This document shows positions 24,555-39,300 of a DNA stretch of 64,000 nt, in pieces; positions within the stretch are counted from its first letter, which is position 1; every line of letters starts with the position of its first letter. Source of the DNA: Macrostomum hystrix (taxonomy: Eukaryota; Animalia; Platyhelminthes). Location: assembly GCA_950097015.1 (NCBI GenBank), contig CATNEN010000015.1:1488001-1552000 (forward strand). The letters are read 5' to 3'. The notes under the pieces are model-generated. The model saw only the letters and a list, made by a program, of their open reading frames with translations, was not told the DNA's origin and searched no databases. The position numbers were made by a program, and so were the translations under genes.

Positions 24555-27258
24555 TGTACCGAACCAATCCGGGATAAAAGTACCAAACCAATCCGGGATA
24601 AAAGTACCAAACCAATCCGGGATAAAAGTACCAAACCAATCCGTGACACAAGTACCATACCAATCCGTGACACAAGAACCATACCAATCCGTGACACAAG
24701 TACCATACCAATCCGTGACACAAGTACCATACCAATCCGTGACACAAGTACCATACCAATCCGTGACACAAGAACCATACCAATCCGTGACACAAGTACC
24801 ATACCAATCCGTGACACAAGTACCATACCAATCTGTGGCGCAAGTACCATACCAATCCGTGATACAAGAACCATACCAATCTGTGATACAAGTACCATTC
24901 CAATCTGTGATACAAGAACCATACCAATCTGTGACACAAGTACCATACCAATCTGTGATACAAGTACCATACCAATCTGTGACACAAGTACCATACCAAT
25001 CCGTGACACAAGTACCATACCAATCTGTGATACAAGTACCATACCAATCTGTGACACAAGTACCATACCAATCTGTGATACAAGTACCATACCAATCCGT
25101 GACACAAGTACCATACCAATCTGTGGCACAAGAACTATACCAATCCGTGACACAAGTACCATACCAATCCGTGACACAAGAACCATACCAATCCGTGATA
25201 CAAGTACCATACCAATCCGTGACACAAGTACCATACCAATCCGTGACACAAGTACCATACCAATCTGTGACACAAGTACCATACCAATCCGTGACACAAG
25301 TACCATACCAATCTGTGGCACAAGAACTATACCAATCCGTGACACAAGTACCATACCAATCTGGGACACAAGAACCATACCAATCCGTGATACAAGTACC
25401 ATTCCAATCCGTGACACAATTACCATACCAATCTGTGATACAAGAACCATACCAATCTGTGATACAAGAACCATACCAATCTGTGATACAAGAACCATAC
25501 CAATCCGTGACACAAGTACCATACCAATCTGTGGCACAAGAACTATACCAATCCGTGACACAAGTACCATACCAATCTGTGGCACAAGTACCCTACCAAT
25601 CTGTGATACAAGTACCATACCAATCTGTGACACAAGTACCATACCAATCTGTGGCACAAGTACCCTACCAATCTGTGATACAAGTACCATACCAATCTGT
25701 GATACAAGTACCATACCAATCCGTGACACAAGTACCATACCAATCTGTGACACAAGTACCATACCAATCTGTGGCACAAGAACTATACCAATCCGTGACA
25801 CAAGTACCATACCAATCCGTGATACAAGTACCATACCAATCCGTGACACAAGTACCATACCAATCTGTGACACAAGAACCATACCAATCTGTGATACAAG
25901 TACCATACCAATCTGTGGCACAAGTACCCTACCAATCTGTGATACAAGTACCATACCAATCTGTGATACAAGTACCATACCAATCCGTGACACAAGTACC
26001 ATACCAATCTGTGACACAAGTACCATACCAATCTGTGGCACAAGAACTATACCAATCCGTGACACAAGTACCATACCAATCCGTGATACAAGTACCATAC
26101 CAATCCGTGACACAAGTACCATACCAATCTGTGACACAAGAACCATACCAATCTGTGATACAAGAACCATACCAATCTGTGATACAAGTACCATACCAAT
26201 CTGTGATACAAGTACCATACCAATCTGTGACACAAGTACCATACCAATCCGTGACACAAGTACCATACCAATCTGTGACACAAGTACCATACCAATCTGT
26301 GGCACAAGAACTATACCAATCCGTGACACAAGTACCATACCAATCCGTGATACAAGTACCATACCAATCCGTGACACAAGTACCATACCAATCTGTGACA
26401 CAAGAACCATACCAATCTGTGATACAAGAACCATACCAATCTGTGATACAAGTACCATACCAATCTGTGATACAAGTACCATACCAATCTGTGACACAAG
26501 TACCATACCAATCCGTGACACAAGTACCATACCAATCTGTGATACAAGTACCATACCAATCTGTGATACAAGTACCATACCAATCCGTGACACAAGTACC
26601 ATACCAATCCGTGACACAAGAACCATACCAATCTGTGATACAAGTACCATACCAATCCGTGACACAAGAACCATACCAATCTGGGACACAAGAACCATAC
26701 CAATCCGTGACACAAGTACCATACCAATCCGTGACACAAGAACCATACCAATCCGTGACACAAGAACCATACCAATCCGTTACACAAGTACCATACCAAT
26801 CCGTGACACAAGTACCATACCAATCCGTGACACAAGAACCATACCAATCTGTGATACAAGTACCATACCAATCTGTGATACAAGTACCATACCAATCCGT
26901 GACACAAGTACCATACCAATCCGTGACACAAGTACCATACCAATCTGTGATACAAGTACCATACCAATCCGTGACACAAGAACCATACCAATCTGTGATA
27001 CAAGTACCATACCAATCTGTGATACAAGTACCATACCAATCCGTGACACAAGTACCATACCAATCTGTGACACAAGTACTATACCAATCCGTGACACAAG
27101 TACCATACCAATCCGTGACACAAGTACCATACCAATCCGTGACACAAGTACCATACCAATCTGTGACACAAGAACCATACCAATCTGTGGCACAAGTACC
27201 ATACCAATCCGTGACACAAGAACCATACCAATCCGTGACACAAGTACCATACCAATCT
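24555..27258. repeat. 24-bp minisatellite, about 112 copies
   Basis: Unit CAAGTACCATACCAATCCGTGACA. Confidence 0.99.
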
Positions 27259-28465
27259 AACCATACCATACGAATCTATACAATATTGGTATCAACAGAT
27301 ATAATAGACTACTAACGAATGGCACGACACACGTACTGAACCAATATAAAACCTTTAACCATAGAACGATGTCACTAAGTCAGTCTGCCTCAAAGCTACT
27401 GTCAATCTTTACTTTTATTGGGCAATAAACGCGCCAAAGTTGTATATTAGTCAAAACGGCCAACGAAGCAGACCATCAGGCCTGTATAAAAAGTCTCAGA
27501 AACTCTAAAAACTAGAATAGCTCGAGAAAAAAGTCCAGACAAGGACTTTCTTTGTAACCGGTCACGCTCCTGGCAGGCCTCAGACTAAGCATAAAAAGGC
27601 TGGATAAAACTACTATTCAGTTGGATAGGGTAAAAAGGCGAAAGCCATCTTTCGATGGGATAATTGTCACGCACCGATTCAATCTTGTGTTGGTCTTTTT
27701 CACCTAAAGAATCAACCTTGGCACCTCGTCAAGATGGTGCAGCGGAAAATTAATGCGAACCACCTGCAAATTGCAATTGTCAGCCTAAAACTTTCACCAT
27801 TGGCCCTCTTAACTGTGTAGTTACCTCTTTCCCATGGCACCTTTTCATTTCCCGACTTCACCTGCACCTACGCATTCTTGTTCTGACTCTCAGTCTTCTC
27901 TCTCTCTCGCGCCCTGATTTAAAAAGCAAATCGTGCAGCAACCATTAGAATACGAGACGCTCGTAGACAACTGCCTGGATTCACACCTCAATACGGGACT
28001 GACCCTGCCCCTATCGAGAGGGCAGCTTAAGTCCTGACTGACACATCCGCTGACTCGGATTCAGACGAGTCTAAATCCCTCCTTTCAGGTAGGTCCGCCA
28101 CAGAGGGGAAGTTGGGCTGGCGCCTCTCGTAGACCTCCGTGTCTTCTACCTGGGCCTACCGACAATGAGCCCCTCGCCAAGCAGCAGAGGCTAATGCGCT
28201 GAGGGAATGCGCGAGTCACGAGGCCGCTTTCCGTTCGCAATATACCCACGGATGGATTGAAAAGAAAATGTTGTTTCTTCTACCAGGCAACGCAGAAGAG
28301 GACCTTTTTGCCATGAGATTACATTGCCAAAAGTCCGTGACTTATTCTCGAAAGGTGCGAAAGTTCGTGTAGAACGTTTTTAGGAGGGTAGGAGGGTGAG
28401 GGCCAGAGAAGGACAGCAAAGTGCGAGAGGAGGAGGGGAGAGGAATGTGAAAGAGGAGAGCAGGG

Positions 28466-30533
28466 TCAGAGAGGGAGATGAGGGGAAAGAGGGAGATGAG
28501 GGGCAGAGAGGGAGATGAGGGGCAGAGAGGGAGATGAGGGGCAGAGAGGGAGATAAGGGGCAGAGAGGGAGATGAGGGGCAGAGAGGGAGATGAGGGGCA
28601 GAGAGGGAGATGAGGGGCAGAGAGGGAGATGAGGGGCAGAGAGGGAGATGAGGGGCAGAGAGGGAGATGAGGGGCAGAGAGGGAGATGAGGGGCAGAGAG
28701 GGAGATGAGGGGCAGAGAGGGAGATGAGGGGAAAGAGGGAGATGGGGGCTAGAGAGGGAGATGAGGGGCAGAGAGGGAGATGAGGGGCTAGAGAGGGAGA
28801 TGAGGGGCAGAGAGGGAGATGAGGGGCAGAGAGGGAGATGAGGGGCAGAGAGGGAGATGAGGGGCAGAGAGGGAGATGAGGGGCAGAGAGGGAGATGAGG
28901 GGCAGAGAGGGAGATGAGGGGCTAGAGAGGGAGATGAGGGGCAGAGAGGGAGATGAGGGGCAGAGAGGGAGATGAGGGGCAGAGAGGGAGATGAGGGGCA
29001 GAGAGGGAGATGAGGGGCTAGAGAGGGAGATGAGGGGCAGAGAGGGAGATGAGGGGCAGAGAGGGAGATGAGGGGCAGAGAGGGAGATGAGGGGCAGAGA
29101 GGGAGATAAGGGGCAGAGAGGGAGATGAGGGGCAGAGAGGGAGATGAGGGGCAGAGAGGGAGATGAGGGGCAGAGAGGGAGATGAGGGGCAGAGAGGGAG
29201 ATGAGGGGAAAGAGGGAGATGGGGGCTAGAGAGGGAGATGAGGGGCAGAGAGGGAGATGAGGGGCTAGAGAGGGAGATGAGGGGCAGAGAGGGAGATGAG
29301 GGGCAGAGAGGGAGATGAGGGGCAGAGAGGGAGATGAGGGGCAGAGAGGGAGATGAGGGGCAGAGAGGGAGATGAGGGGCAGAGAGGGAGATGAGGGGCT
29401 AGAGAGGGAGATGAGGGGCAGAGAGGGAGATGAGGGGCAGAGAGGGAGATGAGGGGCAGAGAGGGAGATGAGGGGCAGAGAGGGAGATGAGGGGCTAGAG
29501 AGGGAGATGAGGGGCAGAGAGGGAGATGAGGGGCAGAGAGGGAGATGAGGGGCAGAGAGGGAGATGAGGGGCAGAGAGGGAGATAAGGGGCAGAGAGGGA
29601 GATGAGGGGCAGAGAGGGAGATGAGGGGCAGAGAGGGAGATGAGGGGCAGAGAGGGAGATGAGGGGCAGAGAGGGAGATGAGGGGCAGAGAGGGAGATGA
29701 GGGGCAGAGAGGGAGATGAGGGGCAGAGAGGGAGATGAGGGGCAGAGAGGGAGATGAGGGGAAAGAGGGAGATGGGGGCTAGAGAGGGAGATGAGGGGCA
29801 GAGAGGGAGATGAGGGGCTAGAGAGGGAGATGAGGGGCAGAGAGGGAGATGAGGGGCAGAGAGGGAGATGAGGGGCAGAGAGGGAGATGAGGGGCAGAGA
29901 GGGAGATGAGGGGCAGAGAGGGAGATGAGGGGCAGAGAGGGAGATGAGGGGCTAGAGAGGGAGATGAGGGGCAGAGAGGGAGATGAGGGGCAGAGAGGGA
30001 GATGAGGGGCAGAGAGGGAGATGAGGGGCAGAGAGGGAGATGAGGGGCTAGAGAGGGAGATGAGGGGCAGAGAGGGAGATGAGGGGCAGAGAGGGAGATG
30101 AGGGGCAGAGAGGGAGATGAGGGGCAGAGAGGGAGATGAGGGGCAGAGAGGGAGATGAGGGGAAAGAGGGAGATGGGGGCTAGAGAGGGAGATGAGGGGC
30201 TAGAGAGGGAGATGAGGGGCAGAGAGGGAGATGAGGGGCAGAGAGGGAGATGAGGGGCAGAGAGGGAGATGAGGGGCAGAGAGGGAGATGAGGGGCTAGA
30301 GAGGGAGATGAGGGGCAGAGAGGGAGATGAGGGGCAGAGAGGGAGATGAGGGGCAGAGAGGGAGATGAGGGGCAGAGAGGGAGATGAGGGGCAGAGAGGG
30401 AGATGAGGGGAAAGAGGGAGATGGGGGCTAGAGAGGGAGATGAGGGGCTAGAGAGGGAGATGAGGGGCAGAGAGGGAGATGAGGGGCAGAGAGGGAGATG
30501 AGGGGCAGAGAGGGAGATGAGGGGCAGAGAGGG
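28466..30533. repeat. 19-bp minisatellite (GAGGGAGATGAGGGGCAGA), about 108 copies
   Basis: Read directly. Variant blocks recur. Confidence 0.99.
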
Positions 30534-30583
30534 AGGAAAGGCATATAGGCAAAAGAAATCAATGAAAAGCCTGCATCACTCAC

Positions 30584-30651
30584 ATTCTACAGGAGTTCCT
30601 TCGCCGTCTCCTGACTGCCGATCCATGCTGGTGACGGCAGGTCATTGTGCT
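30584..30651 (-). CDS. candidate N-terminal DEG/ENaC exon (…STMTCRHQHGSAVRRRRRNSCR)
   Basis: Donor AT|gtgagt is phase 2, matching the TM1 exon. It has an HG followed by a basic run, as expected just before TM1. The 5' boundary is uncertain. Confidence 0.35.
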
Positions 30652-32209
30652 GAGTAACTGGTAAACTGTTTGCCCTGGTCAGTTGGCGACCATTTCCAGG
30701 GTGGCCGACGGAACCTCGCAGTCTGTCGCAGCAACAACAAAACCGAACTGGGCCTCGCCGATTCCAGAAGCTGCTAATTTTCGGCGCTTCTTTCAGTCAG
30801 ACTTTGTAGCCCTTTTATATTCTTCTTTCCTTCTGGTCTACTTTCTGCTTCCAAAACCTCTCTTCCCCTCTCTCTCTCTCTTTGAGCAGCCAACCGCAGC
30901 GGGGATCCGCCAGTGTCAGAGCCGGGGCTCGCAGTCAGGACTCTCTTCTGGCCCTAGAAGGACGCGTCTGTCTCGCTTGCCCCGTGTGCGTGAGCTGTTT
31001 GCGGCGTGGATGATGTGGCGCTACCAAGGCCGGCTCCTATTGGCTGTCCCGTCTGGACTAATCAAACTGCTCCCATTGACTTTTTCAATACTAAACACTA
31101 TTATTTTTATTGATGCGCTTTGTTGAAGGAAATCAAGCGAAGCAGTTGAGTGAGCACTTCTTAGAGAACATGTACATGTACATGTACGTCACTGCCATTG
31201 TTGCGATGGCGGCTTCAACAGCAATGAGCTTGGACTAAGTTATTCTTACAAGAAGTCAACATTATCAGATTGCAGCTATTTTGACAGTCTATTTTTAGCT
31301 AGTTCGCTCTCAGTCGTGAAGTAGTTTTGGTCAATGGACACTTGGCCGCCTTGCCTGCTGGTTCACACTTGCAGTTCTGTTACTATACTGCATGAAAGTT
31401 GCTGGAGAGCTGTAACCGGCAGACACATTTTCACGGATTCAGAGTCAGGGGGAGCTTCACAAAGGAAAATTTAGGCACTCATGGAAGACTTCACACAAGA
31501 GGTTGAGTAGGCGGATGGAAGTGCTCATTCTAGTGGGATGCCACAAACAATGAGCCCAACTGACTCTTAACTCACTCCAAGCAGCCGCAGCTTCATCAAT
31601 TCCCGTTGTCTGCAGGCGGGCTGTGGCTGGTTCACTCCCACACAGACACCCTTAGCGATTGTTTCGCGGCTTCATTAACTGCTAGCCTGGCCAGCCTGTG
31701 AGCCGCTCCAGACACTTTGAGTAGGAGTTGCCCCCCTTCTGCTGTTGTGGCGTGCAACACCCACCTCAGCCACCAGCTGAGTCAAGTGAGGCTCCAGAGA
31801 GATGGCGCAGATCCAATTTGAGTCAGGCCTCCGCTACTTCCGTCATCGACTTGGTCGAGCCGCTGTCAGAGTGCACACAACTATGCAGCCTGATCTCAGG
31901 GTTTCACCATTTGGAACTGAAGAAGTGCGTGCCGCATCACTTGTGTACTTCACAATGTCCCCTCTTGTATTTGTTTCGCTCTGTTTAAACAGAAAGAAAC
32001 TCAATGAAAACTGCATTAAGAGAACTGGTAAGATTGGTCACGAAGACCTCAGGGTTGAGATACAAATTGCGAATTTGAAAGCGCTTTCGGTAAATTAGGA
32101 AACAATGAATATTATGAGAGGATGGAAGCGAAAGATAGGAGTAGAGATTAGGAACGATAATAGGGCAAAGGGAGAGGCTTGAGAGAAGAGTGGAAAATAA
32201 GTGAGCGAA

Positions 32210-32578
32210 GGGGAGAGAAGGGGAGAGAAGGGGAGAGAAGGGGAGAGAAGGGGAGAGAAGGGGAGAGAAGGGGAGAGAAGGGGAGAGAAGGGGAGAGAAG
32301 GGGAGAGAAGGGGAGAGAAGGAGAGAGAAGGGGAGAGAAGGGGAGAGAAGGGGAGAGAAGGGGGAGATAGGGGGAGAGAAGGGGAGAGAAGGGGAGAGAA
32401 GGGGAGAGAAGGGGAGAGAAGGGGAGAGAAGGGGAGAGAAGGGGAGAGAAGGGGAGAGAAGGGGAGAGAAGGGGAGAGAAGGGGAGAGAAGGGGAGAGAA
32501 GGGGAGAGAAGGGAAGAGATGGGGAGATAGGGGGAGAGAAGGGGAGAGAAGGCGAGGGAAGGGGAGAGAAGGGGAGTT
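32210..32578. repeat. 10-bp repeat (GGGAGAGAAG)n
   Basis: Read directly. Confidence 0.97.
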
Positions 32579-33321
32579 AGTAAAGAGTAAATTAGAGTAC
32601 AGGAAAGAGAAGAGAAGGAGAAAGAAGCAGGGGCATTTAAGTTGACACCACCGTGACACATGCCTTGTTATGTTGCTGCATTCGACAAGAATGGTTATAG
32701 AAAACTGTATCCTGTACGTATTTCGATTCAATTACAGAAATTATAGAAAGTCAATTTTTCTTTACTTCAATCGTATCGACGAACAGCTTGTTAGACCTAC
32801 TCGTAGAGTCCGAAAATATTCTGGCCCGTATAATTATTTCCAAGCGTCGAGCTGCCAAATCGTTGAAGTGCGGGCCGGACATACTCTATACTGATGCAAT
32901 TAATAATTAATGCAGCTTTTAATTACGACGCCCCGGCATCATTGTTGCTAAGTGGAGTGCCCCTGGGAAGTAGATGGAGCGAGGCGTTGGGGGGAGGACA
33001 ATTTATACCGCCGGTCCACGAGCATCCGTCGCTTGGGTCCTTAGCAAACACGGCAGAGCTGGGGGGCACCGGTCTAATCAACGGCTTTCCTTTGTCCGAC
33101 TGTCTCCAGTCCGTTTGTGCCCCGCTTTCATGTGCCGGCGATAATTAAGTGCAACCAGGCCCGCAGTTCTCTACTACTTTGAGAGTGAGTTCAATATTTG
33201 CTGAGCTTGCTTACTCAGATGACTGCGGATTAGTAACTGAGAACTTTCGATGAGCGAAAAGTGAACTGGTCGAATAGAGATCTGTGGCTTTGGTGGTGAG
33301 TTAAGGACGCTGAGCTGTGGA

Positions 33322-36300
33322 GAGAATGACGAGAATGATGCAAAGCTACTGAAAGAGTGACGAGAATGATGCAAAGCTACTGAAAGAGTGACGAGAATGA
33401 TGCAAAGCTACAGAAAGAGTGACGAGAATGATGCAAAGCTACTGAAAGAGTGACGAGAATGATGCAAAGCTACTGAGAGAGTGACGAGAATGATGCAAAG
33501 CTACTGAAAGAGTGACGAGAATGATGCAAAGCTACAGAAAGAGTGACGAGAATGATGCAAAGCTACTGAAAGAGTGACGAGAATGATGCAAAGCTACTGA
33601 GAGAGTGACGAGAGTGATGCAAAGCTACTGAGAGAGTGACAAGAATGATGCAAAGCTACTGACACAGTGACAAGAATGATGCAAAGCTACTGAAAGAGTG
33701 ACGAGAATGATGCAAAGCTACTGAGAGAGTGACGAGAATGATGCAAAGCTACTGAAAGAGTGACGAGAATGATGCAAAGCTACTGAGAGAGTGACGAGAA
33801 TGATGCAAAGCTACTGAGAGAGTGATGAGAATGATGCAAAGCTACTGAAAGAGTGACGAGAATGATGCAAAGCTACTGAAAGAGTGACGAGAATGATGCA
33901 AAGCTACTGAAAGAGTGACGAGAATGATGCAAAGCTACTGAAAGAGTGACGAGAATGATGCAAAGCTACAGAAAGAGTGACGAGAATGATGCAAAGCTAC
34001 TGAAATAGTGACGAGAGTGATGCAAAGCTACTGAGAGAGTGACAAGAATGATGCAAAGCTACTGAAAGAGTGACGAGAATGATGCAAAGCTACTGAAAGA
34101 GTGACGAGAATGATGCAAAGCTACTGAAAGAGTGACGAGAATGATGCAAAGCTACTGAGAGAGTGACGAGAATGATGCAAAGCTACTGAGAGAGTGACGA
34201 GAATGATGCAAAGCTACTGACACAGTGACGAGAGTGATGCAAAGCTACTGACACAGTGACAAGAATGTTGCAAAGCTACTGACACAGTGACAAGAATGAT
34301 GCAAAGCTACTGAAAGAGTGACGAGAATGATGCAAAGCTACTGTGAGAGTGACGAGAAGGATGCAAAGCTACTGAAATAGTGACGAGAGTGATGCAAAGC
34401 TACTGAAAAAGTGACGAGAATGATGCAAAGCTACTGAGAGAGTGACGAGAATGATGCAAAGCTACTGAAAGAGTGACGAGAATGATGCAAAGCTACTGAA
34501 AGAGTGACGAGAATGATGCAAAGCTACAGAAAGAGTGACGAGAATGATGCAAAGCTACTGAAATAGTGACGAGAGTGATGCAAAGCTACTGAGAGAGTGA
34601 CAAGAATGATGCAAAGCTACTGACACAGTGACAAGAATGATGCAAAGCTACTGAAAGAGTGACGAGAATGATGCAAAGCTACTGAAAGAGTGACGAGAAT
34701 GATGCAAAGCTACTGAAAGAGTGACGAGAATGATGCAAAGCTACTGAAAGAGTGACGAGAATGATGCAAAGCTACTGAAATAGTGACGAGAATGATGCAA
34801 AGCTACTGTGAGAGTGACGAGAATGATGCAAAGCTACTGAGAGAGTGACGAGAATGATGCAAAGCTACTGAAAGAGTGACGAGAATGATGCAAAGCTACT
34901 GAGAGAGTGACGAGAATGATGCAAAGCTACTGAGAGAGTGACGAGAATGATGCAAAGCTACTGACACAGTGACGAGAGTGATGCAAAGCTACTGACACAG
35001 TGACAAGAATGTTGCAAAGCTACTGACACAGTGACAAGAATGATGCAAAGCTACTGAAAGAGTGACGAGAATGATGCAAAGCTACTGTGAGAGTGACGAG
35101 AAGGATGCAAAGCTACTGAAATAGTGACGAGAGTGATGCAAAGCTACTGAAAAAGTGACGAGAATGATGCAAAGCTACTGAGAGAGTGACGAGAATGATG
35201 CAAAGCTACTGACACAGTGACGAGAGTGATGCAAAGCTACTGACACAGTGACAAGAATGATGCAAAGCTACTGACACAGTGACAAGAATGTTGCAAAGCT
35301 ACTGAGAGAGTGACGAGAATGATGCAAAGCTACTGAAAGAGTGACGAGAATGATGCAAAGCTACTGAAAGAGTGACGAGAATGATGCAAAGCTACTGAAA
35401 TAGTGACGAGAATGATGCAAAGCTACTGTGAGAGTGACGAGAATGATGCAAAGCTACTGAGAGAGTGACGAGAATGATGCAAAGCTACTGAAAGAGTGAC
35501 GAGAATGATGCAAAGCTACTGAGAGAGTGACGAGAATGATGCAAAGCTACTGAGAGAGTGACGAGAATGATGCAAAGCTACTGACACAGTGACGAGAGTG
35601 ATGCAAAGCTACTGACACAGTGACAAGAATGTTGCAAAGCTACTGACACAGTGACAAGAATGATGCAAAGCTACTGAAAGAGTGACGAGAATGATGCAAA
35701 GCTACTGTGAGAGTGACGAGAAGGATGCAAAGCTACTGAAATAGTGACGAGAGTGATGCAAAGCTACTGAAAAAGTGACGAGAATGATGCAAAGCTACTG
35801 AGAGAGTGACGAGAATGATGCAAAGCTACTGACACAGTGACGAGAGTGATGCAAAGCTACTGACACAGTGACAAGAATGTTGCAAAGCTACTGAAAGAGT
35901 GACGAGAATGATGCAAAGCTACTGACACAGTGACGAGAGTGATGCAAAGCTACTGACACAGTGACAAGAATGATGCAAAGCTACTGACACAGTGACAAGA
36001 ATGTTGCAAAGCTACTGAGAGAGTGACGAGAATGATGCAAAGCTACTGACACAGTGACGAGAGTGATGCAAAGCTACTGACACAGTGACAAGAATGATGC
36101 AAAGCTACTGAGAGAGTGACGAGAATGATGCAAAGCTACTGAAAGAGTGACGAGAATGATGCAAAGCTACAGAAAGAGTGACGAGAATGATGCAAAGCTA
36201 CTGAAAGAGTGACGAGAATGATGCAAAGCTACTGAGAGAGTGACGAGAGTGATGCAAAGCTACTGAGAGAGTGACAAGAATGATGCAAAGCTACTGACAC

Positions 36301-39300
36301 AGTGACAAGAATGATGCAAAGCTACTGAAAGAGTGACGAGAATGATGCAAAGCTACTGAGAGAGTGACGAGAATGATGCAAAGCTACTGAAAGAGTGACG
36401 AGAATGATGCAAAGCTACTGAGAGAGTGACGAGAATGATGCAAAGCTACTGAGAGAGTGATGAGAATGATGCAAAGCTACTGAAAGAGTGACGAGAATGA
36501 TGCAAAGCTACTGAAAGAGTGACGAGAATGATGCAAAGCTACTGAAAGAGTGACGAGAATGATGCAAAGCTACTGAAAGAGTGACGAGAATGATGCAAAG
36601 CTACAGAAAGAGTGACGAGAATGATGCAAAGCTACTGAAATAGTGACGAGAGTGATGCAAAGCTACTGAGAGAGTGACAAGAATGATGCAAAGCTACTGA
36701 AAGAGTGACGAGAATGATGCAAAGCTACTGAAAGAGTGACGAGAATGATGCAAAGCTACTGAAAGAGTGACGAGAATGATGCAAAGCTACTGAGAGAGTG
36801 ACGAGAATGATGCAAAGCTACTGAGAGAGTGACGAGAATGATGCAAAGCTACTGACACAGTGACGAGAGTGATGCAAAGCTACTGACACAGTGACAAGAA
36901 TGTTGCAAAGCTACTGACACAGTGACAAGAATGATGCAAAGCTACTGAAAGAGTGACGAGAATGATGCAAAGCTACTGTGAGAGTGACGAGAAGGATGCA
37001 AAGCTACTGAAATAGTGACGAGAGTGATGCAAAGCTACTGAAAAAGTGACGAGAATGATGCAAAGCTACTGAAAGAGTGACGAGAATGATGCAAAGCTAC
37101 TGAAAGAGTGACGAGAATGATGCAAAGCTACAGAAAGAGTGACGAGAATGATGCAAAGCTACTGAAATAGTGACGAGAGTGATGCAAAGCTACTGAGAGA
37201 GTGACAAGAATGATGCAAAGCTACTGACACAGTGACAAGAATGATGCAAAGCTACTGAAAGAGTGACGAGAATGATGCAAAGCTACTGAAAGAGTGACGA
37301 GAATGATGCAAAGCTACTGAAAGAGTGACGAGAATGATGCAAAGCTACTGAAAGAGTGACGAGAATGATGCAAAGCTACTGAAATAGTGACGAGAATGAT
37401 GCAAAGCTACTGTGAGAGTGACGAGAATGATGCAAAGCTACTGAGAGAGTGACGAGAATGATGCAAAGCTACTGAAAGAGTGACGAGAATGATGCAAAGC
37501 TACTGAGAGAGTGACGAGAATGATGCAAAGCTACTGAGAGAGTGACGAGAATGATGCAAAGCTACTGACACAGTGACGAGAGTGATGCAAAGCTACTGAC
37601 ACAGTGACAAGAATGTTGCAAAGCTACTGACACAGTGACAAGAATGATGCAAAGCTACTGAAAGAGTGACGAGAATGATGCAAAGCTACTGTGAGAGTGA
37701 CGAGAAGGATGCAAAGCTACTGAAATAGTGACGAGAGTGATGCAAAGCTACTGAAAAAGTGACGAGAATGATGCAAAGCTACTGAGAGAGTGACGAGAAT
37801 GATGCAAAGCTACTGACACAGTGACGAGAGTGATGCAAAGCTACTGACACAGTGACAAGAATGATGCAAAGCTACTGACACAGTGACAAGAATGTTGCAA
37901 AGCTACTGAGAGAGTGACGAGAATGATGCAAAGCTACTGAAAGAGTGACGAGAATGATGCAAAGCTACTGAAAGAGTGACGAGAATGATGCAAAGCTACT
38001 GTGAGAGTGACGAGAATGATGCAAAGCTACTGAGAGAGTGACGAGAATGATGCAAAGCTACTGAAAGAGTGACGAGAATGATGCAAAGCTACTGAGAGAG
38101 TGACGAGAATGATGCAAAGCTACTGAGAGAGTGACGAGAATGATGCAAAGCTACTGACACAGTGACGAGAGTGATGCAAAGCTACTGACACAGTGACAAG
38201 AATGTTGCAAAGCTACTGACACAGTGACAAGAATGATGCAAAGCTACTGAAAGAGTGACGAGAATGATGCAAAGCTACTGTGAGAGTGACGAGAAGGATG
38301 CAAAGCTACTGAAATAGTGACGAGAGTGATGCAAAGCTACTGAAAAAGTGACGAGAATGATGCAAAGCTACTGAGAGAGTGACGAGAATGATGCAAAGCT
38401 ACTGACACAGTGACGAGAGTGATGCAAAGCTACTGACACAGTGACAAGAATGTTGCAAAGCTACTGAAAGAGTGACGAGAATGATGCAAAGCTACTGACA
38501 CAGTGACGAGAGTGATGCAAAGCTACTGACACAGTGACAAGAATGATGCAAAGCTACTGACACAGTGACAAGAATGTTGCAAAGCTACTGAGAGAGTGAC
38601 GAGAATGATGCAAAGCTACTGAAAGAGTGACGAGAATGATGCAAAGCTACTGAAAGAGTGACGAGAATGATGCAAAGCTACTGAGAGAGTGACGAGAATG
38701 ATGCAAAGCTACTGAGAGAGTGACGAGAATGATGCAAAGCTACTGACACAGTGACGAGAGTGATGCAAAGCTACTGACACAGTGACAAGAATGTTGCAAA
38801 GCTACTGACACAGTGACAAGAATGATGCAAAGCTACTGAAAGAGTGACGAGAATGATGCAAAGCTACTGTGAGAGTGACGAGAAGGATGCAAAGCTACTG
38901 AAATAGTGACGAGAGTGATGCAAAGCTACTGAAAAAGTGACGAGAATGATGCAAAGCTACTGAGAGAGTGACGAGAATGATGCAAAGCTACTGACACAGT
39001 GACGAGAGTGATGCAAAGCTACTGACACAGTGACAAGAATGATGCAAAGCTACTGACACAGTGACAAGAATGTTGCAAAGCTACTGAGAGAGTGACGAGA
39101 ATGATGCAAAGCTACTGAAAGAGTGACGAGAATGATGCAAAGCTACTGAAAGAGTGACGAGAATGATGCAAAGCTACTGAAATAGTGACGAGAATGATGC
39201 AAAGCTACTGTGAGAGTGACGAGAATGATGCAAAGCTACTGAGAGAGTGACGAGAATGATGCAAAGCTACTGAAAGAGTGACGAGAATGATGCAAAGCTA

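Noticed and set aside
24502-27269. Minus-strand ORFs of 740, 446 and 254 aa
   Set aside because: These are frame translations of the 24-bp array.
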